Part shown: in pieces, positions 39,570 through 52,036 of the stretch
Layout of the letters: each line of letters starts with the position of its first letter
Position numbering within the stretch: position 1 is the stretch's first letter
From: Octopus vulgaris
Taxonomy: Eukaryota
DNA length: 64,000 bases
Assembly (NCBI GenBank): GCA_951406725.2
Contig: OX597815.1
Span: 204,352,001-204,416,000, forward strand
Direction of reading: 5' to 3'
The notes under the pieces: generated by a model
What the model was told of the DNA's origin: nothing
Database searches by the model: none
Seen by the model: only the letters and a program-made list of their open reading frames with translations
Made by a program: the position numbers and the translations under genes

Positions 39570-40670
39570 ACATTACGATCTTCAAGCCTCCTATGATGTG
39601 CTGCCATTCCCAAGCAAACTATTGAGATGGAAAATAGCGAATGACAACAAATGTAATTTGTCTTATGAAGAAAGGCTGAAGACGCTCGACCTTTATTCTC
39701 TAGAAAAACTACGACGCCGTGGTGATCTCATTCTTGCTCACAACATCATAAGCGGAAAGTGTAACCTCTCGAAAGAGCTGTTCTTCACTCCTGCTCCAGA
39801 GCGTCGGCTGCGGGGTCACTCCGAAAAGCTCTATCTGCGACGATTTCATCTCAATCGAAGGAGAGGGGCTTTCTCCGTTCGGGTTGCGGATCCGTGGAAT
39901 AAGCTGCCGGACGAGATAGTGAAGATGCCGACGACCGCTCGGTTCAAAGTCTCTCTTGACTAGAAATGGCCTGAACTCTTTGCATGAACACCCTCCCTGT
40001 ACATAACTCCCTGTTCCCCTACATGGCCTTGCTTTTTGCTTTTTGAGCCCAAAAATTAACTTAACTTAACTTAGTTGGGACGCTAATTAAGAATATTCTA
40101 TCTAACTGCTCAATGGCGTTGGAAAGGTAAATATGGAGGTACAGTGAGGTCCTCAAATTTCTCAATAGTGCTGCTAAGAAGCTGATGGAAATAATCACTG
40201 ATGGCAAGAAACGGCAGACGGATGAAGTTAACAGTTTATCACATTTGTCCATAAAGGTCGAGATGGTTATCCAAATACAGAAGAAAACTGTGAATGAGGA
40301 GAACTGGGACGGAGTATGGCGAGTAGCAGCAGATCTTGTCGGGTGTGAATGCCTCTTTGCAATACCAGCAAGGTAGAAGTCGGATATGAGAGTACGGTGT
40401 GAGAAACGAAAGATAATACACCTTTTTGAAGTAACTGAAAAAAGAAAATTTAGATAGAGCCAAGGTTAGGAAAGACAAGTGCTGTGAGACGCTACTGGGG
40501 GACTGGCTGGAGTGCAGTAACTTTCTTGTAGAAGCTGGATCTAGGGGTTTCACTGGGACCGGATTGAAACGGTGGCTGCTATTAATAGGTGTCAAACATC
40601 GGCAAGCAAGCGTCATCATCTAGGAGATCTAGGTGACAGTTAAGAGAACCAGTAAGCCATTGGATACGGC
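39570..40670 (+). mobile_element. HERO/R2-group non-LTR remnant (CCHC zinc knuckle + restriction-like endonuclease) interrupted by CR1
   Basis: YDVLPFPSKLLRW...KC | NILSNCSMALER*IWRYSEVL ... VEAGSRGF resembles the YDVLPSP..L..W / HILS.C...RY.WRH..VL / VEVGCRGF motifs. Confidence 0.7.
39655..40072 (+). mobile_element. CR1-type LINE 3' fragment
   Basis: LSYEERLKTLDLYSLEKLRRRGDLI...LRGHSEKL...FSVRVADPWNKLP...FKVSLD; (TTAAC)n tail. Confidence 0.92.
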
Positions 40671-40952
40671 TGAAAAGGAATCGTGAAACCTGGCTAGAGA
40701 GGTGATAATCCCGAAATGGACTCGAGGTCGAATACTAGTCGGTCGAAACAGTAGGTAGAGCCTCACATAAGTTAGTGGGGTCGGTGCGTTGTAAAGCCGT
40801 TGCGAGAAAGGTCCCGAAATAGATCACATTCTCTACTGATGACTCCTGAAACTGTCTGACATCTGGTATGCGGAGTTTTAGATTGACTGTAGTTGGACTT
40901 GCATTCGCACTTGCAAGCTGTTTCCAAGTCTTTAAGCGTATAAACAAATAAA

Positions 40953-41738
40953 CCTATTTCTTTATTACCCACAAGGGGCTGAACATAGAGGGGACAAACA
41001 TGGACAGACATAGGTATTAAGTCGATTATATCGACCCCAGTGCTTAACTGGTACTTAATTTATCGACCCCGAAAGGATGAAAGGCAAAGTCGACCTCGGC
41101 GGAATTTGAACTCACAACGTAACGGCAGACGAAATACCTATTTCTTTATTACCCACAAGGGGCTAAACATAGAGGAGACAAACATGGACAGACATAGGTA
41201 TTAAGTCGATTATATCGACCCCAGTGCTTAACTGGTACTTAATTTATCGACCCCGAAAGGATGAAAGGCAAAGTCGACCTCGGCGGAATTTGAACTCACA
41301 ACGTAACGGCAGACGAAATACCTATTTCTTTATTACCCACAAGGGGCTAAACATAGAGGAGACAAACATGGACAGACATAGGTATTAAGTCGATTATATC
41401 GACCCCAGTGCTTAACTGGTACTTAATTTATCGACCCCGAAAGGATGAAAGGCAAAGTCGACCTCGGCGGAATTTGAACTCACAACGTAACGGCAGACGA
41501 AATACCTATTTCTTTATTACCCACAAGGGGCTAAACATAGAGGAGACAAACATGGACAGACATAGGTATTAAGACGATTATATCGACCCCAGTGCTTAAC
41601 TGGTACTTAATTTATCGACCCCGAAAGGATGAAAGGCAAAGTCGACCTCGGCGGAATTTGAACTCACAACGTAACGGCAGACGAAATACCGCTAAGCATT
41701 TCGCCCGACGTGCTAACGATTCTGCTAGCTCGCCGCCT
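40953..41738 (-). mobile_element. SINE family B tetramer (one head + four 184-bp bodies)
   Basis: Units begin at 40953, 41137, 41321 and 41505; 14-bp TSD TAAACAAATAAACC at 40941-40954 and 41743-41756. Confidence 0.93.
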
Positions 41739-42051
41739 AGTCTAAACAAATAAACCATGACATTATTCCTTCTGAACAAATTTACATTTTACTTATATTA
41801 ATACACGCGCGCGCGCATACACCTGTAAGTGTGTGTGGGGGGGGGGACTTGACAATGAATTTGACAGTGATTTCATTATTTTATCTCCTGACCTCAATGA
41901 GAAAAAGTTCATTCGTTTTCCCTCTTAAATCAATTTCAAGAGAATAAGGTCAACAAGTGCGTACTTGCGCCTGCGTGTGTATGCATGTGTGTGTGTGTGT
42001 GTGTGGTGAAAGAGAGTGTGAGTGTGTATGTGTGTGTATGTGTGTGTGTGT

Positions 42052-42200
42052 GTGGCTGTGTGGTATGAAGCTTCCTTCTCAACCATAGGGTTCGGGGTTC
42101 AGTCCCACTGCGTGGCACCTTGGGCAAGTGCCTTGAGTCAACCGAAGCCTTGTAAGTAAATTTGGTAAACGGAAATTGAAAGAAGCCCGTCGTGCATATA

Positions 42201-42241
<41 letters not shown>

Positions 42242-42457
42242 CTGTATGTGTGTCTGTCAGTCTGTCTGTGTATATGTGTGTCTGTTTGGCCTCCCCGCAT
42301 CATCGCTGTTGGTGTGTTTACGTGCACGTAATCTAGCGGTTCGGCAAAAGAATCAAATATGATAAGTACAAGGCTTATAAAGAATAAGTCCTGGGTTCGA
42401 TTTCTTCGACTAAAGGCGATGCTGTAGTATGGCCGCAGTCAAAGGACTGAAACAAGT
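42052..42457 (+). mobile_element. SINE family A, diverged
   Basis: Colinear with family A; expanded internal (TG)n. Confidence 0.82.
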
Positions 42458-42462
42458 ATATA

Positions 42463-43722
42463 CAGGGGTTGGACAAAATAATGGAAACACCTTAAAATTT
42501 CAGACAAATATATTTTAATATGGGGTAGGACCGCCTTTGGCAGTAATTACAGCTTGAATTCTACGAGGTATGGACTTGTACAAAGTTTGAATTGTTTCCA
42601 AAGGAATTTTTGTCCATTCTTCAGCTAAAATAGTCTTCAGTTCTTGTAGTGACGATGGTGGAAGATATCGACTCCTTACTTGTTTTTCTAAAATGCACCA
42701 TAAATGTTCAATAATATTGAGATCTGGGGACTGTGGTGACCAAGATAATATGTTCGACTTCACTACAATGTTCCTTGTGCCATTCAGTAACAATCTTAGC
42801 TGTGTGAATTGGTGCATTATCATCCTGAAATATTGCGTTTCCCTCCGGAAACAGTTCCGCAGCCACAGGATGAATTTGATAAGATAAAATGCTTAAATTG
42901 TCTTGACTATTAATTCTGCCATAGAGGGAAACCAATGGGCTGGTAGATTTCCAAGATATAGTCCCCCCAGATCATCACATGTCTAACAGTTGGAAGAAGG
43001 TAGTCTGGGTCAAATGCTTCTTTTGGCTGTCTACACACATATACTCAGTTGGTGGTCGGAAATAAGGTAAAGGATGACTCATCCGAGAAAATAACATTCT
43101 TCCACTGTTCTAGGGACCAATTCTATAGGATTTTACTCCACTCTAAACGCTTTGCAACGTTTGTTTTTGAAAGTAGTGGTATTCTGATTGCAGCTCTCCC
43201 GTAAAATCCAGCTTTGTGCAGCTCCCGGCGAACAGGTGTGTAAACTGGGTTCTTCGGGTGGTCATTAAGCTCTGCAGTAATTTTGGGATCTGTACTTTTT
43301 TGATCCTTTCTAACAATTCGCGTAAGAATCCGAAGGTCCGTCTGAAAGTTTTGGCTTTCTTCCAGTGTTTTGTTTCGACGAGGAGGCTTTTCCCTCTTTC
43401 TCAGACGCTGTCATCAGACGATGTCATCATCGAGACAGTACTTCTTGATACCCCAAACATTTCGGCTGTTTTCGTTACGCTAGCGCCTGCCATGCGAGCA
43501 CGAACAATTTGACCTCTTTGAAAGTCCGATAGATCTGTCATCTTAATAAATTTTAATTACCTTTTTCTGATGATATCTGAAAAGAAACAACAATTTTATC
43601 AAAACATATTGAGCAACACTAATAATTAATCAAAATACATAAAAATAAATAAACTTTTGGCGATTTTATAGATATTTCAAAATTATGATGCTAGGTGTTT
43701 CCATTATTTTGTCCAACTCCGG
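42463..43722 (-). mobile_element. Tc1-family transposon, both TIRs present, transposase pseudogene (43541 to 42515)
   Basis: TA|CAGGGGTTGGACAAAATAATGGAAACACCT ... AGGTGTTTCCATTATTTTGTCCAACTCCGG|TA; MTDLSDFQRGQIVRARMAGASVTKTA, FSDESSF, FQDDNAPIH, SPDLNIIEHLW, GGPTPY*; frameshifts. Confidence 0.95.
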
Positions 43723-43873
43723 TATATATATATATATATATATATATATAACAATTGCAGCGTGGAAGGTCTTTGTATAGCCATATATATAACAATTGCA
43801 GCGTGGAAGGTCTTTGTAAGCCATTTAAAAAACACACAAAAGCCGTTCGATTCACTTCAACATTTAAGTTCTA

Positions 43874-43924
43874 TTTGTCAAAATATTTTCGTCGCTATAA
43901 GACCGCGACCTGTTCACTGACAAA
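43874..43924 (-). ncRNA. Type I hammerhead-like ribozyme with swapped G3:C8 core pair
   Basis: Minus strand: TTTGTCA-GTGAACA-G-GTCGC(GGTCTTATA)GCGAC-GAAA-ATAT-TT-TGACAAA; 7-bp stem I, 5-bp stem II, palindromic stem III. Confidence 0.62.
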
Positions 43925-44370
43925 AATCCCACGTGACCATCGGCCATCTTTCTCCTCCTAACTTGTGTTTCTTTCCGTTGTATTTGGATCAAGGTGGACG
44001 TGTTCTTGTCTGTCTCCTGTCCAAGCTTCATTTTCACGTTCGCCACCACAACCTCGTTTAGGCTTAGCAGCCCTTCCTGTTTGTTTTCACTGTCCTGTTT
44101 GTGCTACCAATTCTGACCCTCCGCAAAATCCCAAGTTTTACTTAATTTGCTTTGCGGGAGCAACTGTTTTATCGAAAGCGCATCTCGTTGTTAAATGCTC
44201 GAAATACAAAAGTAGAAAAACAGCCAGCAACTGATGAAGAGTCGTTCTTTGTATTGTTTGTCTTGTTTTCCATTTGTATATTTCGTTGTTCGAAAAAATA
44301 GTTCATATTCCATGTACTCGTACTTCGTATTTTTTGTTGTAGGCTTTTCGTGACGTCCTGTGCCCACATA
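43925..44370 (+). mobile_element. Putative Penelope-like terminal repeat family P1
   Basis: Homologous to 6400-6815. Confidence 0.6.
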
Positions 44371-44375
44371 TCCAC

Positions 44376-44442
<67 letters not shown>

Positions 44443-44521
44443 GATGTACGTATGTACATATACGTATGTATAAATACATATACATATATATATATTATTT
44501 ATATTATCTTTTATATATGTA

Positions 44522-44575
<54 letters not shown>

Positions 44576-44796
44576 AAGTAATGACTTTTTTGTCAACCAC
44601 ATGTGACAGTCAAATTTTTGGCCGAATGCTACTGTTGTTTAGCCCCAGGAGACACCGTCTCCAGCTGGCTATACGACACACTATCTCTGTCATATTTTCG
44701 AACAGAGGAGGTTAGCACCCCCACCCAGCACAACGCATAACATATAATGATGAGACACGTCTTATTCATCTCTAAATTATATGTTAATTTTTATGG

Positions 44797-44871
44797 CACG
44801 GTTACTGATGAGGATTCACCTAGCAAATTATTTTATTTGCTGAAGAAATCTGAAACCTGGGTATAACGGTG
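44797..44871 (+). ncRNA. Canonical type I hammerhead ribozyme
   Basis: CACGGTTA-CTGATGA-GGATT...AGCAAAT(..)ATTTGCT...AATCT-GAAA-CCTGGG-TA-TAACGGTG. Perfect core, 7/8-bp stem I, GUA triplet. Confidence 0.8.
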
Positions 44872-45126
44872 AAAAAAATCACAAGGTAAAAGTTTTTATT
44901 TTTCATTCCCTTCGAAAATTGCCCTTAAATGTGGTTTTGGTCGTTTTGGCTGCTTCTTCTAGCGTGTAAAAATTACCTGTTAATGTTAGTTTTCTTTTGT
45001 GTTTAAATGTACACTATTTTATATTGAGAATATGTTGTCTATTGACTTTTTATACATGGTCGGCCACTGGTAGTGAAATTTCTAAAAATATTCGCCATCC
45101 TATATATTTTACGTATATATATATTA

Positions 45127-45520
45127 CTCTTTTACTCTTTTACTTGTTTCAGTCATTTGACTGTGGCCATGCTGGAGCACCGCCTTTAGTCGAGCAAATC
45201 GACTCCAGGACTTATTCTTTGTAAGCCTAGTACTTATTCCATCGGTCTCTTTTGCCGAACCGCTAAGTTACGGGGACGTAAACACACCAGCATCGGTTGT
45301 CAAGCGATGTTGGAGGGGACAAACACAGACACACAAACAAACACACACACATATATATATACATATATACGGGCTTCTTTGAGTTTCCGTCTACCAAATC
45401 CACTCACAAGGCCTTGGTCAGCCCGAGGCTATAGCAGAAGACACTTGTCCAAGGTGCCACGCAGTTGGACTGAACCTGGATCCATGTGGTTCGTAAGCAA
45501 GCTACTTACCACGCAGCCAC
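45127..45520 (-). mobile_element. SINE family A
   Basis: Near-complete unit. Confidence 0.92.
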
Positions 45521-45607
<87 letters not shown>

Positions 45608-45610
<3 letters not shown>

Positions 45611-45764
45611 TTTAAGTGTCACCTTACAGTGAAGCACAGAACCGGTTTGATCCAATAAGCGGGTATCTACGCGGGTGTTCAAAATGCTAGAAATAGCAGT
45701 CAAGTCTCCCTTTAATTACACCTTGCCGCCTTAGGAAAGAACAGGTTGGTTAATGTGGTCCTCG
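45608..45764 (+). repeat. ~157-bp direct repeat, second copy at 47643-47800
   Basis: TGCATTTAAG...GATCCAATAAGCGGGTATCT...TGCTAGAAATA.CAGTCAAGTCTCCCTTTAATTACACCTTGCCGC...TGTGGTCCTCG in both copies. Confidence 0.88.
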
Positions 45765-46220
45765 ATGCTCATGCTGTTAACTGACTTTTAATGAGAGTTC
45801 TTGAAAATATGCAACCTGATCTCCTCTTATCGATCGTAAGATATAAGTCATCAAAAAAAAGAGACACACACACACACACATACACATTTCATTATTATTT
45901 TATTATTACAAAATGTGAATTTAATATTCTTGGTAAATAGAATTAGGATTTATATTTTAATTTTATTTTTCAGTGTCGGTAAGAAAAACGATGGGAGAAG
46001 GAATGGGGGAATCAAAGAAATTCCAGGTCAGCAACTGTCAAACATTTGTGGTGATGTATAAATGGGATTAAATATTTCAATGGCCTCCCAGTGAGGAATA
46101 GTGGTGATGACAGGTAGTTTTAGGAGTCGTATCTAGACTAAGTAAGCTAACTGTCAAGAAGACATTGATGAAAAGAAGAACGTTTACTTAGGCAAAAATG
46201 AAATAAAAGTATTTACTTAA

Positions 46221-46440
46221 CCCTTTCATTACCAAACCGGTTGAAACCGGCTCTGGCTCTGAGTACAAATATCATGTTTTCATAAGTTTTGAATTAAAAT
46301 CTTCCACCAAACCTTAGTCACAATTTATGTTCCTAACACTAGCTTAATGATAACTAAGTTATTTTACTAAATTCTTTGTTATATTTAAAATAATTGAAGG
46401 AAACAGAGAGCATCTAAAAAAAAATACAGTAACGAAAGGG
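46221..46440. mobile_element. piggyBac-like MITE
   Basis: TTAA|CCCTTTCATTAC ... GTAACGAAAGGG (11/12 TIR match); the right TTAA is degenerate (ACAA). Confidence 0.7.
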
Positions 46441-46857
46441 ACAAGAGCTATTTTTATATTTGGGTTGTGTGGTGTCAAGTCAGCTACTGAGATTTAAATT
46501 GCATCTGAAACATTTTTTTTATATTTAAATTCTTCTGGTTTAACACTTTAAAAAATTTTAATCCAGTTGGTACTTTTGTGCTAAAAATGCAGCTTGGGTT
46601 TAAATTGTAATTGTGATATTACGAACGTTATACTGGAAAAGAGCTTTGGCTGTTATGAACCACCACATACTGACAAAATTTTTGTACGGCCCTTATTAAG
46701 CAAACCTGTGATCAAAATTATTCCAGTTGCAACTGTCCTGTTTTTCTTATGTGCAGACCAAAGAACATGTTGCGGGTAAAATTGATTTGTAAACATTATT
46801 ATAACATGTCGGAGTTAGCATTTGTAACGATAAAAATTCGTTGTTATAATTGCATAC

Positions 46858-47389
46858 TGTAGGATGTGAAAGATGAACAATGCATGAAGTTTTAAGGAAA
46901 TATTTATTTACCGTTACATTACAATACTTTACCTCGACGGGCAGGTTATGATAAACCCAAAAGTATGCGAAGTGAAGTTTGCGTTTGTGCCTTCTTCATT
47001 GTTTAGTAGTAATTACAGAGAGAGAGAGATAGTATGATGTTGTAAGAGAATAGAATTAGAGCTAGTGAGAACTGTAGGGTGTGGGACGTTGTCACACAGT
47101 TGCTGACAGTGAACTTCATTGCACCTTCTGACCAAGGTTCTAGCTGGTCAGCCAAACTTCGTTGTCACCGGAGTGACTACTTGGTTGAGTCGTCACTATG
47201 TGACTGGACTCGTTGAGTCATCACCGACTGTGACTGACTGATTTTTGCTTGGGGTGTTCTTGCTTTTTATAACTATCCAGAAGGATAGACATATCATTAA
47301 GAACAATAGATTTAGTTGGTGATCTTGTTATCTCTATTCTAGCTTTTGGTGAAGTAGAAGAGGTTAGAAAGGGTCAAGTGGTGAAGACA
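46858..47389 (-). mobile_element. Possible solo LTR
   Basis: TGT...ACA ends; minus strand has TATAAAAAG followed by AATAAA near the 3' end; no TSD recognised. Confidence 0.3.
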
Positions 47390-48014
47390 TTATTTCGGCC
47401 TAGCTAAAGGCATCTGGAAAATGTAAAACTGCTGTCAGAGAAAAACCATTGTTCCACCGTGGGAAAAGTTTTGTTGCAGTGGTGATTTAAATTTGGCTAT
47501 AGTGGATCGAATCCACTTCATGCTTGCAAGATCCACTACAAACATATTACTCAACGTGTTCATATCCAAAGTTGTATGATGTGATTTGAGGGAAATTTGT
47601 GTTTTGGAACGATCCGTTCTCCAGTAAAACAATTCCGCTTTCTGCATTTAAGCTTCAGCTTACAGTGAACCACAGACCTGGTGTGATCCAATAAGCGGGT
47701 ATCTGCGTAGGTGTTCAAAATGCTAGAAATAACAGTCAAGTCTCCCTTTAATTACACCTTGCCGCTTTAAGAAAGAACACGTTGGGTGATGTGGTCCTCG
47801 GTCCCTTATATTTATGATGGTTTACGGCTGGAATACTTAAGTTCGCAAGTTTGCTAGATAAGTGATGTACAAAATAAAGTCAGTCGTTACTTTCGAACGA
47901 ATATGACTTGGTAACATGTACCACGGTTTTGCTAATTGATTTAGGTGCCTATGTAGTCGTGAACAAGAACAGACACCCTCTCGTCCCCTTTAACTGAAGA
48001 GAGAAAGAATTGCA

Positions 48015-48160
48015 CTAGCACTCGGCTGGTACCCAGTGCAGCTGAACAGACTGGAACAACATGAAATGAAATAACTCGCTCGAGGGCAAAACCCGACTCC
48101 CAGTCCGGGAGTCGAACCCACGACCTTACAATCATAGGCCAAAGGACTTAACCAACAGGT
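48015..48160 (-). mobile_element. Old tRNA-derived SINE remnant
   Basis: Minus strand TGGTTAAG...GGTCGTGGGTTCGACTCCCGG (B box) followed by a decayed SINE body. Confidence 0.55.
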
Positions 48161-48604
48161 CGAGTGTCTTTGCTGAAGAAGGCTGACCTGGGCTGAACAA
48201 CACAAACAGAGCTTGAATATTGTCACTCGTAGAAACCCTAACTCCGCGAATAGATGTTATACAAATAGGAGGTTACGTCCTCACCGGTGTTTTTGTAATT
48301 ATTTCCAAGAAACATGGAAACACAGAAATTATTGAAATAAAATTTAAACATCTATAAGAAAAAAATAAATCGCGAAATAATTTAGATCAAATTATGTACT
48401 TTACTATAATTATTCTTTTCCCTTGTATATTTATGTAAAAGATAGTAGCAAATAAAAGGCAAAAGCTGAAAACCCTCATAAGGGAAAAATTATAATTATT
48501 CCCTTTAAATATATATTATTTATATTAAGGGCATTAACACACATAAACACCTCACGCTATGAGGATCTCTTAAAGTCAAAACTACCATAATAATATTAAT
48601 GCCC

Positions 48605-48644
<40 letters not shown>

Positions 48645-48646
48645 CA

Positions 48647-48692
<46 letters not shown>

Positions 48693-48714
48693 ATTATGTG
48701 TGTGTATATACATA

Positions 48715-48830
<116 letters not shown>

Positions 48831-48987
48831 AATGTAAAAAATACAAACTGGGACAAGAACGCGAAACATTTAGAAGATGATACAAAAAACACGGACGAGA
48901 CATTCGAAGCCTTCAATTTTCAGTCAAGAACCAGATCATCCTCGCAATTTCGGCTGATTAATCTTGAGATTACTCCGACCTGCCCAG

Positions 48988-49034
<47 letters not shown>

Positions 49035-49124
49035 TCCCTACCTACAAAGATTCTTCAGAAGAAGACTGACAGTAATGTGTTCTAACATGCATAAATATAC
49101 ACGTAAAATATACGAATATAAATT

Positions 49125-49326
49125 ATTTCAAATTTTGACACAAGGTCAGCAATTCCGAGGGAAGAGATAAGTCGATTACATTGACCCCAGTCCTCAACTG
49201 GTACCTACATCATTGAACCCGAAAGGAATCAAAGTCGGCGGAATTTGAACTCAGAACATAAAGACAGACGAAACGCTGCTAAGCATTTTGCCCGGTGTGC
49301 TAACGATTCTGCCAGCTTCCCGCCTT
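49125..49326 (-). mobile_element. SINE family B, older variant
   Basis: Diverged head and Meta-like body with an alternative tail. Confidence 0.75.
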
Positions 49327-49337
49327 AAGTATGAATA

Positions 49338-49851
49338 TCTATATATATAAAACTGTAGTTGTGTGAGTGTCTGTCCCCTTCGATTTAGATTCCTAACTAC
49401 TCCCACATTTTGCGGTGCAGTTTAGCCAAATTCGGGTATCTTATAGTCGTGATTTATATCGAACCTGTTTGGGTATTAGCGCGCGTCTACGATGAGTCTA
49501 CGATTTTAAAAATAATTTAACATCATTTTTTATTCCATTTTAATGCATATTTTTTCGTGTGTCGATGGCGGCGGAGTTGGCGTCCATGGTCACACCTGCA
49601 CCTGTGTTGCTTCTCCCCCTTCTTCCCTCCCTCGTGAAGCTGTGGGGAAGGGAGTGTAAGGAAATCAACGTCGTAAAGCGTTGTCAAGGAGACCAGCGTT
49701 CTTTTAGAACAACGACTTCATGGCTTGAAGACACCAAAACAGAAATGGCTAAGAAAGCCCGAATTGGCATCTATAAGGGAAGTAACTCTCTAAAAATGCT
49801 TATATAGTTATTTCCCTTACAAACCCGAGCAACGTCGGGCGATACTGCTAG
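49338..49851 (+). mobile_element. Non-autonomous Helitron H1 (long form with extra GC-richer internal segment)
   Basis: A|TC...CCCGAGCAACGTCGGG...CTAG|T. Confidence 0.9.
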
Positions 49852-49908
49852 TTAATATTAAAAGAAATATTACGTTATATCGTGGATAAATTGATATTCA
49901 TTTTGATA

Positions 49909-49990
<82 letters not shown>

Positions 49991-50484
49991 TGTGTGTGTT
50001 TAGCTTACACTGTAATGCAGTCTTCATACGGACACTATGTTTACTGCGTAGTTCAAGAATTTCTTAAGAGTATTAGAGATTTAAAGGAAATGAGCAATTT
50101 GGTTTTCGAGAATCTACTTTATATATAATTCAGTACCGAGTTCTTTCAATATTTCAACAAAAACAGTTAGTCTAGCTGTGTATGTTCCTCTATTTCATGT
50201 TCTCATAGAGGAAAGTGAAGTTCAGTATTCTTTACTTTCCACTACACCGACTTAATGGTCTGATCTGAATAAACCCCGCTCCATAAATAATTGCTTCAAC
50301 TTTGTATGATTAATAAGAACATACAATCTCATCAACTTGATATGCAGTTGCGTCAAATCATGTGGTAAGAAGTCTGCTTCTCAGCCATACGGTTCCGAGT
50401 TCGCTCCCACTGTGTGGCACCTTAGGCATATGCCTCTACTATACCCCTGAATCGACCAATGACCGAAATAAGTAAAAAAAAAAA

Positions 50485-50884
50485 TCTTTATATATAAAAG
50501 TGAGGTTGTGTGCTGTCTGTCTCCTACGATTTAGATTCCTAACTACTCCCACATTTTGCGGTGCAGTGTAACCAAAACCGGGTATCTTATAGTCATGATT
50601 CATATCGAGCCCTTCTGGGTATTAGCGCGCGTCTACGATGAGTCTACGATTTTTAAAAAATTTACCATAATTTTTTTCCATTTTAATACATTTTTTCGCT
50701 ATTTTATAAGGGAAGTAACTCTCTTAAAATGTCTACGATGAGTCAACGATTTTTCAAAAAATTTACCATCATTTTTTTTTCCATTTTTAATGCATTTTTT
50801 GCTAGTTTTTGGCTATAACTCTCTAAAAATGCTTATATAGTTATTTCCCTTACAAACCCGAGCAACGCCGGGCGATACTGCTAG
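50485..50884 (+). mobile_element. Non-autonomous Helitron H1
   Basis: A|TC...hairpin...CTAG|T; internal subrepeat duplicated. Confidence 0.9.
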
Positions 50885-51578
50885 TATCAAATAATTGATT
50901 TTTCATAAACAAGGGAGACAAATCTCGACATCTTCTGGTGGTATTAGAACGCTCAACGAAGGGCTCTTAAAAGGAAGTCAGAATTTGTTTCATATTTTTC
51001 GAAATACAGAGAGAAACAGACAGATAGACAGGCAGCCAGACAGACAGACAGGTAGACAGGCAGGCAGGCAGGCAGACAGACAGACAGACAGGCAGGCAGG
51101 CAGGCAGGTAGACAGGCAGACAGGCACACAGAGACAGAGACAGACAGGCGGACAGAAAGAAGCATACTCCCGTGTTACGTGTGAATGCGTATATGTTTCG
51201 GTAGAAGAGAAGAGAAAAGACGAGGGAGTTAAACCGAAAGAGAACGAAAGAAAGAGACCAGCGGATTTCCTTGTACACAAAAAAATGATTTAGTGTTTGC
51301 AAAACCTGCCCTTTTTCGAAAATAGGCATAAAACAAATTGACCACTGTTGCTCTTTAACTGGCTGACAACATTCCATATATACAGCTCTCTCTCTGTCAA
51401 TTCCTGTATGATGAATAAGACGAATACAAATAGACTTTTGATTCCAAATAGACGTGTACACTCGCGCACGCACACACGCATGCACACACATGCACACACA
51501 TGCATATATTCTCACGCCTACGGTTTCTTCTATATTATCTCTCTCTCTCTTCCACTCTCTCTCTCTCCCTATACATAC

Positions 51579-51613
<35 letters not shown>

Positions 51614-51616
<3 letters not shown>

Positions 51617-52005
51617 TTATATATAAAAGTGAGGTTGTGTGCCGTCTGTCTCCTACGATTTAGATTCCTTACTCCCACATTTTGCGGTGCAGTTTAACCA
51701 AAACCGGGTATCTTATAGTCGTGATTCATATCGAGTCCTTCTGGGTATTAGCGCGCGTCTACGATGAGTCTACGATTTTAAAAATAATTTACCATCAATT
51801 TTTCCCATTTTTAATGCATTTTTGGCATATATAAGGGAAGTAACTCTCTAAAAATTTATTATTAAATCTCAGAACGTAAAAAGCTACAGTAACACCCCCC
51901 TTTGTGGTTAGCCATATTGAGATGGCTATTATACTTTGCATCTCTAAAAATGCTTATATAGTTATTTCCCTTACAAACCCGAGCAACGCCGGGCGATACT
52001 GCTAG
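51614..52005 (+). mobile_element. Non-autonomous Helitron H1
   Basis: A|TC...hairpin...CTAG|T. Confidence 0.9.

Positions 52006-52036
<31 letters not shown>

Noticed and set aside
40953-41738. Regular array that could suggest CRISPR or a satellite
   Set aside because: No unique spacers and no cas genes; the units are SINE bodies in eukaryotic DNA.
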